NCBI RefSeq assembly: GCF_009914755.1
Contig: NC_060942.1
Reading direction: 5' to 3' (one strand)
Source of the DNA: the human T2T-CHM13v2.0 reference genome, Homo sapiens
Length of the DNA stretch: 64,000 nt
Shown here: positions 54,615 through 64,000 of the stretch, piece by piece
Numbering within the stretch: the stretch's first letter is position 1
Layout: every line of letters begins with the position of its first letter
Program-made: the position numbers and the translations under genes
The notes under the pieces: model-generated
Databases searched by the model: none
The model's input: the letters and a program-made list of their open reading frames with translations, nothing else
Told to the model about the DNA's origin: nothing

Positions 54615-54761
54615 TCATTTAGGTAAAATTTTACTGGCTGTTCCTTTTTCTTTTGCCAGCTCCCTTTTTTCTGAGTGATAATCCTTATCCTTATGTATAG
54701 TCAACTAAAGATAGCTGCTCTTCCCTAGAGACGATTGTGATTTCTGACTAGGAACAAACAG

Positions 54762-55460
54762 CTGGGTTGAGTCCATGCCTTTGCTATTGTGAGAAGTGCT
54801 GTGATAAACATACGAGTGCATGTGTGTTTTGAGAAAATGATTTATTTTCCTTTAGGTATATACACAGTAATGAGATTGCCAGGTCCAACAGTAGTTCTGT
54901 TTTACGTTCTTTAGATATCTCCAACTACTTTCCACAGTAGGTAAACTAATTTATCTTTCCACTAATAGTGTATAAGTGTTCCCTTTTCTCAGCAGCCTTG
55001 CCAGCATCTGTTATTTTTGACTTTTAAAGAAAATGTGGTACTTGTATACCATGGAATACTACACATCCATAAAAGAAGGAAATCATGACCTTTGCAGCCA
55101 TATGGATGCAGCTGGAGGCCAATATCCTGAGTGAATTAATGAAGTAATAGAAAATCAAATACCACATGTTCTCACTTACAAGTGACAGCTAAAAATTAGG
55201 TAGACATGGATATAAAGACGTGAGCAATAAACATTGGAGACCACTGGAGGTGGGAAAGAGGGAGGGAGGCAAGGCCTGAAAAATCTGTTGGGTAGGTTTT
55301 TCATAGTACCTATTGGTTGCTATGCTCACCAACTGGATGGGGGGATAATTTATAACCCAAACCTCAGCATCACACAATATACCCATATAATAAATCTGCA
55401 TGTGTACTTTCTGCATCTAAAATAACACATGAAATTATAAACAAAGAAACAAACAAGAAA
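54762..55460 (+). mobile_element. 5'-inverted (twin-primed) L1PA13-16-like insertion: about 54762-55027 antisense, about 55025-55460 sense
   Basis: Antisense GGTTGAGTCCATGCCTTTGCTATTGTG..CCAGCATCTGTTATTTTTGACTTTTAA joined to sense AAAGAAAATGTGGTAC..tail. CAGCTGG at both outer ends. Confidence 0.9.
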
Positions 55461-56126
55461 CCCAGCTGGTGCAGATGGGCATCTTCCACACCAGAGTCCT
55501 AACTTTCTGTAATTAGTAAGTAGTGAAAGACTGAAAGACAGAAATTGAGTCATGGGCTCCAAGCTCCACTAGCAGTTCCTACAACATGTCCACTGTGGGC
55601 AATGCAAAACAGCTAACTTTCACTTAAAAGCCCAGAAACCCTCTTGATATTTGAGCTTTGTGATGCTAGCTATTCAGGTATATTTAACATTTTATTTGTT
55701 GAGCTTTTTTTGTTAATTATGAATTTTAACTTCTTTTTGTATGAAAGCCAATTTTTTTAGGTACCATTGTAAAGCATACCTTCACTGCATAAAAGAGTCT
55801 TCTCTCCACAGGCATACCTTGAAACATAATTGGAAGTAAGAACTTACATATGGACTGTTAGAAAACATATAGGGTGGTGAAGATTACAAACTAGCATTAA
55901 TGAAATGAATAAAATGGTAGCATATTTTTATAGATTCAATATACATATATGAAGCAAGTTTCCCAATGCTACAAATAGTTATGAAGTATGTCTAACGGTA
56001 ATATTTCAATGTGTATAAAAGAGACTAGATTAATTTGTTTTTTTCATTTATTTAGCAACTCAAACCTTGTCACTGAGCACCCACTTTGTGATGGCCACTG
56101 TACTTAGAGCTAATTATTAAGTGCAA

Positions 56127-56427
<301 letters not shown>

Positions 56428-57346
56428 TCAACTTGTTTTTATATGATGTCAAATTTGTCAGGTGCCATTGTAAAGCACAGCCTTCCTGCATGAAAAGTGC
56501 AGAAGTTCTTTCCAATCATATACATAGAACTGGCAATATTTTAAAATAATGAAATATTAAACACAACCATAAAGTGTAGAATTCCCACATGGCAATGGTG
56601 GCTAGAGAAGGCAATTAAGAGGGTTAAATCATGGTAGTAGTCAGCACTTGATAGTAAAAGAGGCAAGTTCAAGATGGCAGCATCACCTTCTCTGATTATT
56701 AATAAATAAATATTGACGTTAATTTAGCACTTTCCATCTTCAAAGCACTTTACAATTATTAATTAGTCCTCTAAGGACTATTTGAAATATAATTTATGAA
56801 GTTTGCATTTAAATTGAATTTTCATGATGGTATTTCTTGGCTTCAAGTATGACAGCTGTTTTTTTTTTTTTCTGTATACTCTCAGATTTTTTTTTTTTTT
56901 TTTTTGCCAGAATGCAAGATAATAAGATAAATGTAGCTATATGGACATTCCAGAAAAGGTAATCTCAGGACATTGAGTAGAGAGGTAGAAGGAGCTACAT
57001 TTGCACATTTCCATAGCCATGGGCCAAGATCTTGGTTCTTCTCCAGTCAAGTGGAGGCACTTTTAGACTGTCCAATGAACTCCACTTTTGCACCGAGCAG
57101 GCTGACATCTGTTTCACACTGCAGCCATCTTCTTTTGTCTGGATTCCTATGCATCTCAGTTTCATATTTTTTTAACAAGAAGTTTATTTCTAAAACCCTA
57201 AATTCTTGTTTTCATTCAATAAATGTTCATTAAGTAACTGAATAGAAAATTAAAAATTAAAAACATGGACCTTTACTTCATAGCTCATGACTAGCAAGAG
57301 GACCAAGGATTGATTACATGAATATGCAATATACAGTATAAAAACA

Positions 57347-57640
57347 TTTTTTAAATAGACCTTTTTAAAGCACTTTTAAGTTTACGAAGAAATTGAATAA
57401 AGGTACAGAGACTTCCCATATACCCTTATCAACCCACTCCTTGGAGTTTCCCCTGTTATTAACATCTTCCATTAGTATGTATATTTATTACAATTGATGA
57501 GCCAATGTCAATACATTACCATTAACTAAAGTCTATAGTTTACATCAGGGTTCACTTTCTATGCTGTACATTGTATGTGTTTTGACAGACGTGTAATGAC
57601 ATGCATCTAGCATGATAGTGTCATACAGAATAATTTCTCT
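57347..57640 (-). mobile_element. L1MC1/2-like 3' end
   Basis: GTACAGAGACTTCCCATATACC..TTACAATTGATGAGCCAAT..TTAACTAAAGTCTATAGTTTACATCAGGGTTCAC. Confidence 0.85.
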
Positions 57641-58289
57641 TTGTAATGATTTCCTGTGTGGTGGCTAATTAGAGTTTGATTTCTATGCCCACTCAACTTC
57701 ATCCCAGACACACCTGCACTGCAAGGAGGTTGTGTCCCTTTGATGATTGCCTGTACAAATACTCACCTATCCTCTCAGCCTCAGTGGGCAGGGCATCTCT
57801 GTCTCGGGGGAAATGCATTTCAATCAATCTGACTTGAAGATAAGACCAGGGACTAAGGGTTGGTGATGAAAAGAGAACGTTTGCAATTTAATTCAGTTTG
57901 ACTCATAAGAGGCCTTCCCAAATATATGTGCCTGTCATGCAATTTGTCCAATTAGGGAGCATGCAGGAACCTTCTTTTTGTTTGCCACACCTGTCCCCTC
58001 CCTCACTTCTGCACTGTCCAGGACCATTCCAGGACCAGAGCAGCATCTCTCCCACCTGTGAAGCTAAAAATAGTCCTAATTGTCAGGGAAGAATCACCTC
58101 TATATTTTGAAATGGCAGCTTGCAGCTTATTTAAACCAAATAGATATACTGGCTAATCTACATTTGATTTTTTGTTGTTGTTGTTTAAGATCCATAAACT
58201 TTACTGGACCACAATCCCACACTTTGTATATGGAGAATGTCTAGCACAATTCATTGCTTCCCATATCAAAATAGGCATAATATTGCAAT

Positions 58290-58432
58290 GTAGTTATGTA
58301 TCCACATCTGTCTCTCCTTCTAGACTGCTAATTATGCAACAAAAAAAGAACTATTGTTTTTATTTACTCTTGGATCCCCCAATGACTTGAACTTTGCCTG
58401 CCACATGTCAGGGTCTCAGTTATTGAATACAT
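58290..58432 (+). mobile_element. L2 3' relic (similar relics at about 58900-59140, 59690-59800 and 63540-63730)
   Basis: CATCTGTCTCTCCTTCTAGACTG..TGCCTGCCACATG..CTCAGTTATTGAAT. Confidence 0.55.
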
Positions 58433-59800
58433 TTAAAACACAAAATAAAAACAAATAAAATATAGATTCAAGGAGAATAAATAAAGTTGAAAATCAACTT
58501 TCTGTAGTATTTCAAGGAGGTGGTTTAAAGAAAAATGCCTAACTTTACTGCCCAATCCTCATTCCTAATGAATTTGTAATAGCACAGAGAAGATAAAAGG
58601 AAGAAGAAGGTATGTTATGCTTTGTGTTATGACTTCAGGAAATCTTGATCAGAGTATTGTACATGCCTCAAATGTAGCCCCCTTTTGTCATTGAAAGTCT
58701 CCTCTAAATTTGACATCTAACCACTGACCAGAAAGAAACTGGTGTTAATCTGGGGGATCCTCCATTTCCCTCAGTGAGGACACTCATTCTAGTGACTGAG
58801 GGAGGAAATTTTAGACCCCATCAAAGAACCTCAAATGTATCCAGGGATTCATGGCTCCCTGGAGAATCAAAGAAAAAGGAATTCTGTTTACCTTTGGGCA
58901 TCCTGTGGAATGCTCTTCCTGTTACTCTTCTTGGTCTGAGGCAGGTACCCTTATTAAGGCTCCAATAGCATGTGGCGGCCTCTCTCATTTTCCTATCACT
59001 GTATTCTAATTACCTGGAAACTTGCCCATCGTTTCCACCAAGTTTTAGGCTACATTATGACAAGGATCCTGTTTGCCTTGCTTACTGTTTCATTTCTTGG
59101 GCTTAGTTTGAAGTCTGGAACATCATACGGGGGGAAAGAAAGAAGGTAGGAAGATAGGCAGGTGAGTCTCCAATCTAGAAATAATAAACTTTCTTCGCAT
59201 GGCCTTGGTACATTAGGTTTAAGTGTTTCTCCTAGAATCTTTACTGCTAAGAAAGCACTAAGCTGTTCAGAAAACAACAAAGTGCCTACTTAGTAAGGGA
59301 AACGAGTTGACCCGCAGGTCCTTTGGATCCATTCTTGACACCATGATTAGCCTTGATTTTTCTGTCTCGTCTGACTTTCATTCGATGACAGTGGGTCAAC
59401 TGACCTCAGCTATAATTTACTGCTGTGTTACATGGGATACTTAATTACAATAGCCAAATGAGGAGATGTTCCTAGCCCTAATACCCAATGTTGTATTGTG
59501 TTGACACATATTGTGTTTCTTTGATGCCTTTTCTTAGGTTGACTCTGTGACTTCAGATTATATTGGCTTTGTGTCTTTTCCATTATCTGGGGTGAGTTTA
59601 ACTGTGACTTGTGGGACACAGGACAGACTATATCCTTCCACTTACTACATATTTCCTTGTTTTATACCTATCAGGCACGTGTCATACTGCTCATATTAAC
59701 TGAAGGCAGGAATCATGCTGTACATTGCTGTGTTATATCTTTCAATGGTTAGCATATTGTGTTGAACATGATAGATACTCAGTGTGTTTTAAAATGGTGA

Positions 59801-59880
59801 AATGTATAAATGTATAAAAGGTATACATTTGTATACCTTTTATAGGTATACATTTTAAAGGTATACATTTGTATAAAAGG
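59801..59880. repeat. Palindromic/iterated AAAGGTATACATTTGTATA cluster
   Basis: Perfect 15-bp inverted arms 59813-59827 and 59830-59844, plus direct re-iterations. Confidence 0.9.
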
Positions 59881-62800
59881 GAATATTCTTAGTACACATA
59901 CATATACTTATTTTTCTTATTTAATTCATACATATTCCTTCCAAGCCTCCAAGATCCTGGGATTTATATTAAAAGTTTAAGATAGTCAATAAATAGTTTT
60001 CAAAAGCAGTGGTTATATTTGTATGTGTATTGTCTGTTTTTTCATTAGGTAACAAACAAAAAATAAACGATAATAAAATGTTTATCCAGTTGCATTTTAT
60101 GTTGGATACTAACTTCTCAGAGTTTTCAGTGGTGAAAACCACACACCCTCTTTCCCTGTCACTACTCATGCAGATCTAGGCTCCATCCTCATCCGTGTCC
60201 CAAATGGCATCTCAGAAGCAGAAAGGTCAGAAACAAAAGGCACCAAGTTCATGAGATTTAAAGGCAAGTTATCAGGAGTTGGACTGGAGCCCCAAACCAT
60301 ATAGGCTATAAGGTCAGAACTTAACTGTTTCTCCATTTTATTGCTCAAGGACAAGAGAACATGATGCATGAGACTCCAGCACCATAAACCGTCTACTGAG
60401 GTGGCCATTTCATCACGTATGGTTGCAAGCTGAGTACTGACCGCACAATGTAAATCGACAGCAGCAGGGCCCTGGTGCAGATGTGAAAAGCAATGTCACA
60501 CACAACATCTTTTTCCTAATTATCAGGACCTGGACAGGAGGCAGGAAGGGAATGAGGGGTGGGGGTTGGGGGAGAAGGAGGGGATGGAGGCACTGTGACA
60601 TTTCCCATCTCAGGAGTACAAGATTCATTACCTCTGATGAAAAGTCACCAGGCCATGGTGAGTCCTGACTTACTCTGTGACAGGAGAAAGTGACATGGCC
60701 GTTTGACATTCAGGGCTAGAAGGTTGCCGGTCTGTAATCACTAGTTAAAATTGAATCTTGTACATTGCACCCTGCCAGCACAGCTCAACTCTTGATAATT
60801 ATTTGGATGCTACTGTATTTGGATTTTATTTCCCCAGCAGAGAGGGGAAGTTGGATTTATAGTTTACTGCTGGGTTAAGATTGGAACAGGCTAGATCTTT
60901 TTTATGGTTAATACGGCAGAGCCAAATAAATCTGGAGATGTTTTCTTGTCCCTATTTTAATTCTAAGCCATTTGGAGGTGGGGACAGGGAGTGACAAAGG
61001 AATCAAAGTGCACATCTTCTAATTTTCTGCAAACAAGCTACGATTCTGTCTGTGCTAATGTTTTCCTTTTTTTCCTTTCACCTCATGATGCTTAAACCAG
61101 CCATCTGGACACAGAAGGGGCTGAGAAATACCATTTTGTAACTGTTACAGCCCAAGTTGCCACATGGTAAGGACTTCTTTATGGATGAGGATGGACATAG
61201 ATGGTCAATGAGACTTAAACAGCCACTTTTCCTTTACCTGGAGGTCAGGGAAAGGACCAGAGAAGTGTTTCACAGAAGGTCACTTTTGTATAATTACAGG
61301 GTGGCCCTGAACTGTTGATTTGCAGACAGGTGTGCTGTGATTCCAATAAGAATATTCTCCCCCTATTTGCTCCTACCCAAAGGCACAGAAGCTTCTGGTT
61401 ATTGCAGGAGTCCAGCCTGCATGTTCACCCCATTTTTCCCAGAAAGATGTCTGGCTTGATAGGCTCCATCTAAGATTTTCAGGAGTCACAAGCCACATGT
61501 TCACAGAAGGGTAAAGTGATCACCAGAGCTAACTTAATGTACAGACAGAGTAAGTGCTGCCTGAGCACTAGGAATTAGCTGTGCCCCAGGAATCAGCCTG
61601 ATCAAAGGCTGATCAAAGTTATCTTTACCACAAATCTGCCTCAATGTATAAAAGTCTGTCATCAAAAAAGTATCAGTTTAAATAAAAACATTGTGCCTCC
61701 AAGGATTCCTTTAAAAAGTCATCTTTTTTTTTATTGGAAAAAAACATTCTCAAACAGCCAAAGATAGATAAAAACATAGTGAAAATGTTGTTAGGAAAGA
61801 TCGGCAGGCTTTCACCCAGGAGGCATCCCGAGAAGTGGCGTTCATTGTTCTGGGGGATCTGCTCTGGACCTGAAACTGACTTTCAGCCCTGCCAGTGCCA
61901 AAGCCTGATCTCTGTCAGCAGATTGTGCTCCCATCACTCACAGAACACTCACATCCACTAAATTTGTAGGATTGATGTTTGGAAACAGAATGCTGATTTA
62001 GGTCGCATATATTGAGAAATAATAACGCAACGGGAATTGGAATATGCAAATTCCAAATGGCCAGTGCAGACATTACAGGTAAGCCAGCCAAATCCTGAAA
62101 AGAAGATATTCTTGTGTTCAAGGAACAGGAACAAGGGGAATAAAAAGGAATCTAACTCTTCACCTCCTTACTGATAGGGTGATGTGGCCAAGGGTAACTT
62201 TCCCCAAATCCAGGACCATCTTAATGTGCTGAGATAGCTCAGGTCCTGGAACAATTCCTTTTCTCCTGAGTAGTGCTGAGATGGTTGCTGCCAATCCTTG
62301 CTTCCTCTCTTCTCTTTTGTTCAATCTCAGTGGTAAACACCACCCCCACTGCCCACCTGCCACTTCCCACCAGAAAGATTACATGTTGATATGACAGCTC
62401 AACTTAGAGGAGGCAGTTGCATTTTCTGGCTCTTCTAGTTCTTAGGGGAATCCACTGTCAAGACTGAAAATGCCCCCAAAGAGGCATTTTAAAAGTCACT
62501 TGTGGACATAAACAACTTAGTGTGAATAAATTCGTAACTCATTTTTCTTCCACTACAGAGTGGAATAATAGAATGGGCACCTTAAGGGGAGTTTCTCGTA
62601 CAAAGCAGGAATTTCCGAATAGGGAAGAGTCTAGAAAAGCAGTTGAATTTGAGAAATTTGGTGATAAGGTAGCAGAATGAGAATATCTAAGGGAAGAACA
62701 TGAATAATTTAATAAGCAGATTATATAACAAAGTTAGAAGAGAAGAGAGACAAAAAGATAGATATATCAACTGGGCTAAAATTATGCCTATTATAAACTA

Positions 62801-63019
62801 ATAGTGACAGAGTAAGTAGTGGCTTGGACACTGTGGTTGCTGAAATGATGATCTCAACAGCAATGAATCAGGTGTCTGGGTTGCTTAGATAGAGTGTGGT
62901 TAAATGAATAAACTAATTTGTTAGTCATATATCTCAGCTGTTCCTAGTTGTAGAGACTAAATTAAGGGTAGTTTCTCTTTTCCTGTGGACATTAATTACT
63001 TTTACTTTGGAAGAGTAAC

Positions 63020-63394
63020 TGATATGGTTAGGTTTTTTGTCCCCACCCAAATCTCATCTTGAATTATAATCGTCATAATCCCTGCATGTCAAGGGACAGA
63101 CCAGGTGGAGGTAACTGGATTATAGGGGCAGTTTCCCCCATGCTGTTGTCCTGATAGTGAGTTCTCCCAAGATCTGATGGTTTTATAAGAGGCTCTTCCC
63201 CCTTCGCTTGGCAATTCTCCTTCCTTGCACCTTGTGAAGAAGGTGCCTTGCTTTCCCGTCACTTTCCATCATGATTGTAAGTTTCCTCAGGCTTCCCCAG
63301 CCATGCTGAACTGTGAGTCAATTAAACCTCTTTTCTTTGTAAATTACCCAGTTTCAGGAAGTTCTTTATAGCAGTATGAAAGTGGACTTATAGT
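63020..63394 (+). mobile_element. THE1D-like solo LTR
   Basis: TGATATGGTTAGG..CCCCACCCAAATCTCATCTTGAATT..GAGTCAATTAAACCTC. 5-bp TSD GTAAC (63015-63019 and 63395-63399). Confidence 0.93.
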
Positions 63395-63769
63395 GTAACC
63401 TCACTTGTTTATTGTCTAAGCCAAAAAGGCAAAGCTGCAACTAATAAGGGATTTCATTAATGGGGCTGCTCATGACAAACTGAGGGACAGTCTTTACTTT
63501 CCTATAATTGAAAAAATAAAACTCTTCCTTTTCTCCCCAAAACTCAATTTCACACATCATGTGTGGTTTATTTAAACATCCCCTCTTCCATGAAGGCTCC
63601 CATGATTGCCCAGCACAGGTGATTTTTCTTTCCCAAATTTTTGTACAGTTTATCACTCTTGTATCATCAGTGTTTGTGTTTGATTTTGAAGCCCTTTCCA
63701 TGTGTCCTATTTATACACCTTGCTTGGATGAGCAGTTAAACTCTGGAGGTAAGAAGTTTCTGAGACCTA

Positions 63770-63872
63770 AAGCTGCTCTTTTAACCTCCTGGAAACTCAA
63801 TTTTCTTATCTATTAAGATAAGGAAATGGGAATATAAGCCTCAAAGTTCTCTTCCAGTTCTAGTATTTTGTG
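63770..63872 (+). mobile_element. MIR3-like relic
   Basis: TTTAACCTCCTGGAAACTCAATTTTCTTATCTATTAAGAT..AAAGTTCTCTTCCAGTTCTAGTATTTTGTGA. Confidence 0.6.
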
Positions 63873-64000
63873 AAACTTTGTGATGCTTTTCTTGTCATCC
63901 TAAATCTACCAGGTGCAATAGGAAAGGACAATGGAATAAATCGCAGGCTCATGAAAATATTTGTTTTATTACACAGGGGTGAGCTATTTTATCACTTTCA

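Noticed and set aside
62467-62490. Short hairpins AAAATGCC..GGCATTTT (and CAAAGCC..GGCTTTG near 54073) as terminators
   Set aside because: Arms of 7-8 bp are frequent by chance, and intrinsic terminators are not relevant in mammalian DNA.

Overview
Simian primate (probably human or ape) genomic DNA: AT-rich, CpG-poor and repeat-rich, typical of intergenic or deep-intronic sequence. No intact protein-coding gene is supported. The ORF track reflects Alu/L1 read-through, low-complexity sequence, or decayed L1 ORF1p and Tigger1 transposase. Recognisable content: 9 Alus (J, S, Y), several L1 relics, MaLR and ERV1 solo LTRs, a near full-length Tigger1, a Tigger2a fragment, MIR/L2/CR1 relics, microsatellites, a 7SK pseudogene and a U6 pseudogene. 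The most interesting signals are mutational fossils: an old U6/L1MB chimera, a tailless 7SK copy inside Tigger1, a twin-primed inverted L1, a THE1 LTR nested in an AluJ, a 121-bp locally templated insertion, three fold-back scars and several old local duplications. I found no convincing new biological system. Subfamily names come from remembered consensus sequences and need RepeatMasker/Dfam confirmation. Boundaries of old elements are approximate.
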